Below the pieces are notes generated by a model that made no database searches, was not told the origin of the DNA, and saw only the letters and a list, made by a program, of their open reading frames with translations. The position numbers and the translations under genes were made by a program. Below are positions 8,330-16,590 of a stretch of DNA of 18,037 bases, piece after piece. How positions within the stretch are numbered: the first letter of the stretch is position 1; every line of letters starts with the position of its first letter. The stretch comes from Candidatus Hodarchaeota archaeon (GTDB lineage Archaea > Asgardarchaeota > Heimdallarchaeia > Hodarchaeales > Hodarchaeaceae): positions 1-18,037 of the forward strand of contig JAEOTC010000245.1 of assembly GCA_016840035.1 (NCBI GenBank), read 5' to 3'.

Positions 8330-9079
8330 TTAGTGCTTGAATATTGTTGCATTTAATTTATCAAAATCGGCCTCAGGATAAGTAACTCTACTATGAGTAA
8401 GTTTGAGGTTTACAAATGTCTCAGCTGTTTTTATACTTATTTTTAAAGGATTTATGATTGGTAAACCAGTTTTTTCTATGAGGATATCATCCACCATTAA
8501 GAATGCTAGTGACATACAGCCAAGAACAATACTTCCAGCCCCTTTTTCCTTTGCTTTAAGGATTCCTTTTATCATTTGAGTGACGGCCTTTTCTTTATTC
8601 TGTCCCCACATATCTGTTATAGGGATATGGACAAATTCGATTGAGGAGAGTCGTGACTCAAGGCCTTTCTCTCTAACGAGTATTCTTACGCCATCCTCTG
8701 ATTCAACCCCAGCTGTTAACACTGTAAGAATGCTAAACCTATCACTGACCATACATGCATAGAGAAAAGAAGCTTCAGCAGGACCAACAACGGGAATATC
8801 AAGCAGTTCTCTTGCTGGTGTTAAACCAGGATCTCCAGCACACCCAATTATCACTGCATCAAACTGTTTTTCTCTTCGTATGTGAACCAGTTTCCGTAAC
8901 ATAGGTCCAATGGACATATATTCTTCAATTGCGGATTCAATGGATAATGGGCCCTCCCCTACTTCCATTACTGACACTTGGGTGTTAGAATCCGTTAAGG
9001 AATTCGCAATTGAGGTACGACGAGTAATTTCGTCTTCAGACATTCCATCTCCAGGTAAAAGATAAAGAATTCTCATCAT
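8330..9079 (-). CDS. Asp/Glu/hydantoin racemase family protein (hydantoin/allantoin racemase-like)
   Basis: GPLSIES, two catalytic Cys (IIGCAGDPG; VLGCMSL) and IPVVGPAEAS. A GAGGA RBS favours ATG 9079/9076 over TTG 9091. Confidence 0.9.
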   Translation of the reverse strand: MMRILYLLPGDGMSEDEITRRTSIANSLTDSNTQVSVMEVGEGPLSIESAIEEYMSIGPMLRKLVHIRREKQFDAVIIGCAGDPGLTPARELLDIPVVGPAEASFLYACMVSDRFSILTVLTAGVESEDGVRILVREKGLESRLSSIEFVHIPITDMWGQNKEKAVTQMIKGILKAKEKGAGSIVLGCMSLAFLMVDDILIEKTGLPIINPLKISIKTAETFVNLKLTHSRVTYPEADFDKLNATIFKH

Positions 9080-9404
9080 TCTTTTCCTCAAGTAAAAAAA
9101 ATTAACTAATTTCGCGATTTAGTATTCGTACAAATTACTTGAATTAAATCTATCTTTGAGATTAAATTGTTTCTTCTTTTCAGAGTGATATTATCTCATA
9201 TGCACTAGTTACGTTGCCTGAAGGATTTCATTTAACTATACTCTTTAAAAGTCAAGTATTTATCTAACTTTAGCAGTTAAATACAAGCTTTTTTGCTGTA
9301 TTAGGATTTTTAAGTGAATTAGACGTTATTTATGGACATTTACGTAATTTAGATCAAAGAAAATGATGATTACAAATGATTAGTGGAAGAAATTAGAAAA
9401 TGAG

Positions 9405-10397
9405 TTGAACAGATTGAGTTTAAAAAGTTATATCGCTCGCAGAGCTCTTGATAGCATATTTTTACTAATTGTGACGGTGGTTTTTAATTTTGTATTATTT
9501 CGTATTATGCCTGGAAATCCTGCGTTAGCTGTTTTAGGAAGAACTGGACAAGTTAGACCAGAATTTCGTGAAGCCCTGCAAATACGTTATGGAACAAATC
9601 TGCCAATTTGGGATCAATTTGTCATATATTTACAGCGTCTTTTAGAAGGAGATTTAGGTTTTTCATTCTATTACTATCCTACTCCGGTTTCTGATCTTAT
9701 TTTCAGTCATCGTCTGCTCAACACAGTTCTGCTTATGGGAATTTCAATTCTTTTATCCTTCATACTTGCAATCATATTTGGTACAATTGCTGCTTCAAAA
9801 TTTAAATCAAAAACTGACCTTGTATCTATATTTATCACTCTTACAAGTTATTCTACACCTGTCTTCTGGGTGGGTATGTTAATTATCTTCTATTTCTTCG
9901 GTCAATTTCATCTAATCCCGTTATCAGGATCTCCTCGCCTTGAAGATCCAAAATACGCTGATTTCTTTGCATGGGCTTTGGATTACTGCTATCATTTAAT
10001 TGGCCCTGTAACAACATTAACTATAAGTTTTGTTGGTGCTTGGTTCTTAATTGCACGAGATCAAATGCTAGGCGTATTTATGGAAGATTACATAACAACT
10101 GCTCGCGCTAAAGGGTTAAAGGAAAGAAGAGTGTTATTTGTTCATGCACGGAAGAATGCTATGCTACCTATGATTTCAGTTTTAGCTCTTGCTATGACTT
10201 ATCTAGTGTCAGGGGCTACACTTACTGAAACTGTTTTTTCTTGGGATGGAATAGGCTTGCTTACATTTGACGCGGTGACCTATTCTGATTATCCATTACT
10301 TCAGGGTCTATTCTTATTAGTTGCAGCTGTTGCAATCTTTTCCAGTTTCCTTGCAGACATAATTTACGCATACTTAGATCCCCGAATTCGATATTGA
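9405..10397 (+). CDS. Peptide/nickel ABC transporter permease, OppB/DppB type
   Basis: YIARR...MPGNP, GDLGFS, STPVFW, EAA loop EDYITTARAKGL, TETVFSWDGIG and ADIIYAYLDPRIRY. TTG start at 9405 or 9414. Confidence 0.95.
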   Translation: MNRLSLKSYIARRALDSIFLLIVTVVFNFVLFRIMPGNPALAVLGRTGQVRPEFREALQIRYGTNLPIWDQFVIYLQRLLEGDLGFSFYYYPTPVSDLIFSHRLLNTVLLMGISILLSFILAIIFGTIAASKFKSKTDLVSIFITLTSYSTPVFWVGMLIIFYFFGQFHLIPLSGSPRLEDPKYADFFAWALDYCYHLIGPVTTLTISFVGAWFLIARDQMLGVFMEDYITTARAKGLKERRVLFVHARKNAMLPMISVLALAMTYLVSGATLTETVFSWDGIGLLTFDAVTYSDYPLLQGLFLLVAAVAIFSSFLADIIYAYLDPRIRY

Positions 10398-10407
10398 GGT
10401 GAAAAAA

Positions 10408-11322
10408 ATGTCTATTACTGGTGCAAAAGATGGTTCAATACAATATTTAACCCCTTCTCTCTTAACACGGTATAAAATTCGGTTTAATCGATTTTGGCAC
10501 CTCTATACAGATAGTCCTTTTGGATTAATTGGGATATTTCTAGTCCTATTATTCGTTGGAATGGGGGTATTTGCTCCTATTCTTGCCCCCTATGATCCTA
10601 ACAGACCTATGGTTGGGGATAGAAGTGATAATCCTTCACTTTCCCATCCTCTTGGAACTGATCGTCTGGGAAGAGATATATTTAGTCAAATGATATTTGG
10701 AGCTCAAGTATCATTATTGATAGGTTTATCAGCTGCTTTTATTTCTTTAGTAATTGGAACATTTATTGGATTAACATCAGGATATTACGGTGGGTTTATC
10801 GATTTACTTCTTATGCGAATAACGGACTTTTTCATCCAGCTCCCTACATTGCCATTAATGCTTGTAGTTGTTTCTCTCTTTGGAGGTGGAATGGAAAACT
10901 TGATACTGATAATTGGTTTTCTTGGCTGGACTGGAACAGCCAGGATAGTCCGATCTGAAACTCTTTCAATTAAACAGCGAGCATTTGTTGAAGCTTCAAA
11001 ATCAGTTGGTGCTGGAAATAGACATATTATCATTGGCCATATTTTACCAAATGTCTTTCCTTTAATTTTTGCTAATGCTATTTTAGGAGTAGTAAATTCT
11101 ATAATTGCAGAAGCAGGATTGAGTTTTCTGGGTTTTGGAGTAGTTGGCTCTTGGTCTTGGGGCCGAGTTTTATACGAGGCAGGTAGAGAAAATGCAATCC
11201 TTCTCGGTTCATGGTGGCATTTTATCCCTCCTGGAATTAGTATTATGCTATTAGCTTTGGGATTCTCGTTAATAAGTTTTAGTCTAAATGAGGTACTTAA
11301 CCCCCGACTTAGAGAAAGGTGA
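10408..11322 (+). CDS. Peptide/nickel ABC transporter permease, OppC/DppC type
   Basis: HPLGTDRLGRD, FVEASKSVGA, HILPN and EAGLSFLGFG. GAGGTGA RBS precedes ATG 10408; the track's GTG 10399 is inside the RBS. Confidence 0.95.
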   Translation: MSITGAKDGSIQYLTPSLLTRYKIRFNRFWHLYTDSPFGLIGIFLVLLFVGMGVFAPILAPYDPNRPMVGDRSDNPSLSHPLGTDRLGRDIFSQMIFGAQVSLLIGLSAAFISLVIGTFIGLTSGYYGGFIDLLLMRITDFFIQLPTLPLMLVVVSLFGGGMENLILIIGFLGWTGTARIVRSETLSIKQRAFVEASKSVGAGNRHIIIGHILPNVFPLIFANAILGVVNSIIAEAGLSFLGFGVVGSWSWGRVLYEAGRENAILLGSWWHFIPPGISIMLLALGFSLISFSLNEVLNPRLRER

Positions 11323-11327
11323 AACTC

Positions 11328-12308
11328 ATGGTCTTACTTGAAGTGAAAAATCTTAGCACACATTTCTTTCTTAAAGAATCACGAGTGCGAGCTGTTGATG
11401 ATGTATGTTTTACAGTCGAAAAAGGGAAAATACTTGGAGTTGCTGGCGAGAGTGGATGTGGTAAAACAACAACAGCTTTGTCTATCATGAGAATGCTACC
11501 TCCCGCTGGAAAAATCGTCAAAGGAGAAATTTATTTAGAAGGTATCGATCTCCTAAAAAAGAATAAAGAGGAGATGCGGCAAACTAAATGGAAGGAGCTC
11601 TCTTATATCTTTCAATATGCGATGAATGCCTTTAATCCCGTAATGACTGTCGGAGAACAAATTGCGGAAGTAATAATAGAAAAACAAGATACAAATTCAA
11701 AATCAGGAAAAAAAGAAGCTTGGAAAAAAGTTAAAGAATCGTTTGAGATTGTCGGATTAGATCCAGATCGTAGTAAAAACTATCCCCATGAATTTTCAGG
11801 TGGGATGCGTCAACGAGCAATTATTGCAATGGCAATGGCTTGTGATCCAAAATTGCTTATTGCTGATGAACCTGTAACAGCTTTGGATGTAATTGTCGAA
11901 AAAAAGATTTTAAAGCTTTTAAGAGAGATTCAAACGAAATATGATCTAGGTATCATGTTTATAACGCATGATTTAAGTGTGATCGCTGAATCATGTGATG
12001 AAGTAGCAATTATGTACGCTGGAAAACTAGTAGAAGTTGGAGATGCATCTACGATATTTCACAAGGGAGCACATCCTTATACAAGGATGTTAATTCGTTC
12101 TTTTCCGAGTATATTGGGTGAATGTAAACGCATCGAACCAATTTCAGGAATTCCGCCTGATCTAGCAAATCCACCCTTAGGTTGCCGTTTTCACCCGAGA
12201 TGTCCTATAGCTACTAAGGAATGCAAGGAAGAAATACCTCCCTTTGAACAATTTTCTACTTCACGTCATCAAGTTGCGTGTTTTCATGCAGGAGAGTCAA
12301 TCGCATGA
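11328..12308 (+). CDS. Peptide ABC transporter ATP-binding protein, OppD/DppD type
   Basis: Walker A GESGCGKT, signature FSGGMRQR, Walker B LLIADEP, H-loop ITHDL, HPY motif and C-terminal 4-Cys domain. AGGTGA RBS precedes ATG 11328. Confidence 0.95.
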   Translation: MVLLEVKNLSTHFFLKESRVRAVDDVCFTVEKGKILGVAGESGCGKTTTALSIMRMLPPAGKIVKGEIYLEGIDLLKKNKEEMRQTKWKELSYIFQYAMNAFNPVMTVGEQIAEVIIEKQDTNSKSGKKEAWKKVKESFEIVGLDPDRSKNYPHEFSGGMRQRAIIAMAMACDPKLLIADEPVTALDVIVEKKILKLLREIQTKYDLGIMFITHDLSVIAESCDEVAIMYAGKLVEVGDASTIFHKGAHPYTRMLIRSFPSILGECKRIEPISGIPPDLANPPLGCRFHPRCPIATKECKEEIPPFEQFSTSRHQVACFHAGESIA

Positions 12309-13291
12309 GTTCAGAAGAAGAATCATTATTCTCTATTGTAGCTCTCAAGAAATGGTTTTCTACACGAACTGGTTTACTGGATAGCATACTGGGAAAACAA
12401 GAATATGTAAGAGCAGTTGATGAGATTTCATTTGAGATAAAGAAAGGAGAAGTTGTCTGTCTTGTTGGAGAAAGTGGATCTGGTAAAACTACCGCAGCAA
12501 GATTAATACTAAGATTAGAAGATCCTACAAGTGGAGAAATAATTTACAAGGGTGAGGATATTGCAAAGGCTAAAGAGAGAAAAATACGTAGATTGCGTAG
12601 GCACATGCAAATGATTTTTCAAAATCCCTATGAATCATTAGATCCAAGAATGACTGTATATGACGTAATTGCAGAACCATTACAGGTTACTAAACTGTTT
12701 CCCAAATCAGAAACTTCACAGAGGGTAGGTAAAGCATTAGAAGATGTAGGTTTGATCCCTGTTTCGGAATTCAGTATTAGATTTCCTCACGAATTATCTG
12801 GGGGACAACGACAGAGAGTTTCTATTGCACGGGCTTTAGTCTTAGATCCGGAATTCATTGTTGCAGATGAACCAGCAAGTATGCTTGATGCAAATACTCG
12901 TATAGAGATCTTAAATCTCCTCCAAGATTTACAAGCAGAGTACCATATGGGTATTTTATTTATCACTCACGATTTAGCTCAAGCCAGGTATTTAGGTCAT
13001 CGAATTATTATCCTATATCTAGGGAAAATTGTTGAAAAAGGCAATATTGACCAAGTTATCCAAAATCCTCACCATCCTTACTCCAAAGCACTGATTTCTA
13101 ACATTCCAGTACCAGATCCAGACGCAAAACGTGAACGCATTGATATTGAAGGAGAAATCCCGACAGCAATCAATCTTCCTCTTGGTTGTAGATTCGCTCC
13201 TAGGTGTCCTTTCAAATTTAAACGATGTACCGAGGAAGAGCCAGAATTAATGTTAAAAGAAGGAAGGTATTCAGCATGTTGGTTAGATTAA
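12305..13291 (+). CDS. Peptide ABC transporter ATP-binding protein, OppF/DppF type
   Basis: GESGSGKT, LSGGQRQR, IVADEP, ITHDL, HPY and GCRFAPRCP...C...SACW. ATGA overlap with the upstream stop and a GGAG RBS. Confidence 0.95.
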   Translation: MSSEEESLFSIVALKKWFSTRTGLLDSILGKQEYVRAVDEISFEIKKGEVVCLVGESGSGKTTAARLILRLEDPTSGEIIYKGEDIAKAKERKIRRLRRHMQMIFQNPYESLDPRMTVYDVIAEPLQVTKLFPKSETSQRVGKALEDVGLIPVSEFSIRFPHELSGGQRQRVSIARALVLDPEFIVADEPASMLDANTRIEILNLLQDLQAEYHMGILFITHDLAQARYLGHRIIILYLGKIVEKGNIDQVIQNPHHPYSKALISNIPVPDPDAKRERIDIEGEIPTAINLPLGCRFAPRCPFKFKRCTEEEPELMLKEGRYSACWLD

Positions 13292-14355
13292 AGAAACTCT
13301 ATATTGAGCGTGTTCTCTTATTTGTTTTATTGATAGGGATGTTCTCAGACATTCACATGATATCTACAAATGCTTTTATCTTCCAAAACACGCAATCTAG
13401 TGCTGATTTTTTCTTGGAGATATTTGCGCCTACAGAAATTGAATATTGGGAAAAAATAAATATCACTATTGAAATAAGAGAGAAGTCAAATATTTCTCAT
13501 GAAAATATGGCGATTAACCTTACTTTGGAAAGTGGATTAAACCTTGCAGAGGGTGAGAATGGAGAGTATGATCTTGGGGATTTCGCACCTCTAGAAGAGA
13601 AAAATGCTAGTTTTATGATTACAGCATCTCAAACATTCTTGAACAATCCTATTGTACTCTATAAGGTATACTTACATAAAGATGGAATTCTTATGGATGT
13701 AGATACAAGAATTAACGGAGATGTATATACACTCCAGTATGGAATAAGCTCTATAAATGTTTTATATCCAATATTGAAGGTTACAAGTAGTCCGCTTGAG
13801 ATTACTGGTTTTGTGGTACCACGTATTTCACTACTGAATAATCAGAAGCAGTCTCTAACTTATAACATATCTAATGAAGGAGATGCAAGCTTACAGAACC
13901 TTACTCTCAGAGTTGAATATGATGAAAAAGTAGTAGAACTTCAATCGATGATATTAAGTAGAGTAATTGACGGGAAAACGGTTGATAACGTGTCTTTATC
14001 ATCAGATACTTTTCCTTCTCTTAGCTTATTCCCAGGAAAGAGTTATGTTTTATTCCAAATAAATATCCGCTGTATTACATTCTCAGCAACAGACCATTCA
14101 AGAGTTTATCTATTTGTTTCAACAGACTTTTTTGGAGAGAGAGAATACAGTGTACAAGTCCAGACATACGATATTTACAATCCATATAAATACGATAATC
14201 CTCTTGTGTTCCTGGCTTGGCCAGTTTATATTATCTTTTTCATGATTTTGGGGTTATTAATTATCATTTATTCTTGGAAAAAACACGACAGACGACTAAA
14301 AAAAGCTCGAGAACTTGAAGAGAAATACGGTACAAGTTATGTTAGTTGTGATTAA
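13276..14355 (+). CDS. Uncharacterised single-pass membrane protein with two probable Ig-like (CARDB/COG1361-like) beta-sandwich domains
   Basis: N-terminal hydrophobic signal (VLLFVLLIGMFS), two similar beta-rich units, 7 N-x-S/T sequons, C-terminal TM helix and a basic tail. ATG 13276 follows AGGAAGG and overlaps the end of the OppF-type gene. Confidence 0.7.
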   Translation: MLVRLKKLYIERVLLFVLLIGMFSDIHMISTNAFIFQNTQSSADFFLEIFAPTEIEYWEKINITIEIREKSNISHENMAINLTLESGLNLAEGENGEYDLGDFAPLEEKNASFMITASQTFLNNPIVLYKVYLHKDGILMDVDTRINGDVYTLQYGISSINVLYPILKVTSSPLEITGFVVPRISLLNNQKQSLTYNISNEGDASLQNLTLRVEYDEKVVELQSMILSRVIDGKTVDNVSLSSDTFPSLSLFPGKSYVLFQINIRCITFSATDHSRVYLFVSTDFFGEREYSVQVQTYDIYNPYKYDNPLVFLAWPVYIIFFMILGLLIIIYSWKKHDRRLKKARELEEKYGTSYVSCD

Positions 14356-14420
14356 AGGAAGTTTCTCCTTTCTTTATCTCTTTTACTTTAAGGTAATACA
14401 TGTTTTCAATTTTCATAGAA

Positions 14421-14434
14421 AGAAAGTTTATTAA
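14421..14434 (+). promoter_or_regulatory. Archaeal BRE-TATA promoter candidate for the binding-protein gene
   Basis: Purine-rich AGAAAG immediately followed by TTTATTAA, downstream of a pyrimidine-rich tract (about 14362-14389) that could terminate the upstream operon. Confidence 0.45.
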
Positions 14435-14547
14435 ACCAAATTACGACATTCGAAAACTGGCTAAGTTTCAGGAAAAATTGCTTAATTTGGACGAGAAGGA
14501 ATTTTTCTTATGTTCCCCTGATTAGCTTTTACCGATAGGTGAAAAAA

Positions 14548-16440
14548 ATGAAAAAACACACAAAAATAATTCTTGTAGGAATTGCTTTTATTTTTATTTT
14601 CTTAGCAAGCCTTTCCTCCCCAGCGCTAGGTACAGTTTCTCAACGGCCGCAAAAAGAAGAACTTTCTTTTGAGCTCCTAGTACTAGACTGGGACACAATT
14701 TCTGTGGATGCTGGTATAGGAATAAAAACCGCATTAGCGGAAGTAGGAATCAATGTTGATGTAATTCAACTAGATAGTTCAGTCTTCTATCCTCAGATTT
14801 ATGAAGGAGGTCGATTAAATGAATCTGGTGGAGCTGTTGTAGATGTCTATCGAGATTTTGAAATGTATGAGATGGCAGGTGGTTATTCACCGATTCCCAA
14901 TCACGCATACTTCCGAGGTCATTCCTCTCAAGACTATCCTTGGGGTGATAACCTTGCTTATATCAACAACGGTACCCTAGATACTGCATTAGAGGATAGT
15001 CAAAGTGCTACAAACCCAATTGAATTGAAAGCTGCATTATTCGATGTTCAAGCTTTAATGGCAGATCTGTTACCATATTATCCCCTCTTCTTAACCAACG
15101 ATGCACACTTTGTCACACTTGAATGGGAAGGATATTGCGCCATGCCTGGTGGAATATTCACAGGGTTTAATCCTTGGACAATTATGAATATGACTGGTGA
15201 TACGACATTCGTTATGGCATACCCTAGTGATGTAACACATCTAAATCCTTTCCTCTACACGGATGCACGTTCTGGCTTTGCAGCAAATCTACACTATGAT
15301 ACTCTCATTGCCTATAATAAGTCTCTTGAGAAAGTTCCATGGCTAGCAGAAAGTTGGAGTCAATCAGCAGATGGTATGTTTCTAAACTTCACAATACGAT
15401 CTGGTGTTACTTGGCACGATGGACAGGCATTCGATGCTGATGATGTGAAATTCACTCTCGAATATATCTTAGAAAATGGAACTACTACACCTTCCATCGC
15501 AAGTGTAGAAAAAATCGCTGCTATTGACATTGATGCTGATACCGTCATGATCAATCTGACAGAACCTTATGCTTGGGCTATTGATGATATAGGAACAGTT
15601 AATATGGTACCTGAACATATTTGGGCTGGTGGAAATATTACTGATACCCGATGGAATGATCCCACTGACTATGATGCTCACATTGGCACAGGACCATTTG
15701 TACATATGGGTGGTTTAAGTGGTTCATCTGGTTTTCATATCTTTGACAAATATGATAACTATTGGTACACTGGTGGTGCTGGAATGCCCCAGTTCGATTC
15801 AGCTGATCTTTTACCTTCAAGCACATACCCCAAGATTGAAAACTTCACTATCGAAGTCGAAGGTACAGAAATGAATCGAATATTAGGAATGAACGATGGC
15901 CTTTATGACTCTGAAAGATACGAGACAATGTCCACGGACTTAATCGATGCTGTTGGTCCAGGCAACACATATCCAAATATCAAATGTGTCAATTTAGCTG
16001 TTTCTCAATGGGATTATTATTTGCAATTCAACTTTGCAGTCAAACCCTTAGATGATCCAATTGTACGAAAAGCTATTGCTTATGCAATTGATCGACAAGC
16101 TGTTACTAGCTTTGCCTTCGGAGATTATGCTACAGTTACTGATTCTGTTATTCCCTCAGTTTTCTTCGCTGGATATAATAATCCTAATGTAGAACAATAT
16201 GATCTGGATGTAGCAAAAGCTAGACAAATGTTAACTGATGCAGGATACATTGACAATAACGGAGACGGTATCCGAGAAGTTCCTGGATACTACAAAACAA
16301 CCACTGATGAACCAGATACAACCACTGATGAAACAGATACAACCACTGAAGACGATGATGGTACACCTGGTTTCGAATTCGCCGCAATCTTTGTTGCAGC
16401 TACCTTTGCAGCAATCTATGCACGCAAACGAAGACGCTAA
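14548..16440 (+). CDS. Family-5 (OppA/DppA-like) ABC substrate-binding protein, circularly permuted, with PGF-CTERM-like anchor
   Basis: Signal peptide. Family-5 motifs: LNP...YDTL...PWLAESWSQSADG...FTIRSGVTWHDGQAFDADDVKFT, IGTGPF, DPIVRKAIAYAIDR and AKARQMLTDAGY. The segment that is normally C-terminal (ALAEVGINV...TLDTALE...QALMADLLPYYPLF) is at the N-terminus. The protein ends TPGF-TM-RKRRR. AGGTGA RBS precedes ATG 14548. Confidence 0.93.
   Translation: MKKHTKIILVGIAFIFIFLASLSSPALGTVSQRPQKEELSFELLVLDWDTISVDAGIGIKTALAEVGINVDVIQLDSSVFYPQIYEGGRLNESGGAVVDVYRDFEMYEMAGGYSPIPNHAYFRGHSSQDYPWGDNLAYINNGTLDTALEDSQSATNPIELKAALFDVQALMADLLPYYPLFLTNDAHFVTLEWEGYCAMPGGIFTGFNPWTIMNMTGDTTFVMAYPSDVTHLNPFLYTDARSGFAANLHYDTLIAYNKSLEKVPWLAESWSQSADGMFLNFTIRSGVTWHDGQAFDADDVKFTLEYILENGTTTPSIASVEKIAAIDIDADTVMINLTEPYAWAIDDIGTVNMVPEHIWAGGNITDTRWNDPTDYDAHIGTGPFVHMGGLSGSSGFHIFDKYDNYWYTGGAGMPQFDSADLLPSSTYPKIENFTIEVEGTEMNRILGMNDGLYDSERYETMSTDLIDAVGPGNTYPNIKCVNLAVSQWDYYLQFNFAVKPLDDPIVRKAIAYAIDRQAVTSFAFGDYATVTDSVIPSVFFAGYNNPNVEQYDLDVAKARQMLTDAGYIDNNGDGIREVPGYYKTTTDEPDTTTDETDTTTEDDDGTPGFEFAAIFVAATFAAIYARKRRR
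16297..16359 (+). repeat. Three 21-bp tandem repeats encoding a Thr/Asp/Glu linker
   Basis: ACAACCACTGATGAACCAGAT / ACAACCACTGATGAAACAGAT / ACAACCACTGAAGACGATGAT, encoding TTTDEPD TTTDETD TTTEDDD. Confidence 0.9.
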
Positions 16441-16490
16441 GTCTTCCTCTCCTTTTTTCTTTTTTTTCTTAAGAATTAACTTTTGTTTTT
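16441..16490 (+). terminator. Archaeal-type poly-T terminator
   Basis: CCTTTTTTCTTTTTTTTCTT directly after the binding-protein stop codon, with further T-runs. Confidence 0.65.
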
Positions 16491-16590
16491 GATTAATTGA
16501 TCGTTAGATTAAATCATGAGCAAATATGTTGAATATGTCCCGAGTTTCAAATAATTGAAGAGGGATTAATGAGAATGAAACAGTTAAGAG

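Noticed and set aside
471-8762. Short alternative-frame and antisense ORFs in the track (e.g. 471-686, 560-802, 1616-1840, 3419-3655, 4147-4386, 4698-5018, 5060-5308, 5956-6894, 7938-8240, 8580-8762)
   Set aside because: All overlap well-supported genes and show no recognisable motifs; they are shadow ORFs.
9092-9404. Operator motifs in the racemase/ABC divergent promoter (ACTAATTTCGCGATTTAGT; recurring TTACG/ACGT words)
   Set aside because: They are asymmetric or very short in highly AT-rich DNA and cannot be distinguished from chance without orthologues.
13225-13275. Track start at 13225 for the Ig-like protein
   Set aside because: It would overlap the OppF-type gene by 67 bp. ATG 13276 has an RBS and gives a normal signal-peptide N-terminus.
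16297-16359. 21-bp repeats as a CRISPR or mini-array
   Set aside because: The copies are contiguous with no spacers, in frame, and encode a protein linker; no cas genes are present.
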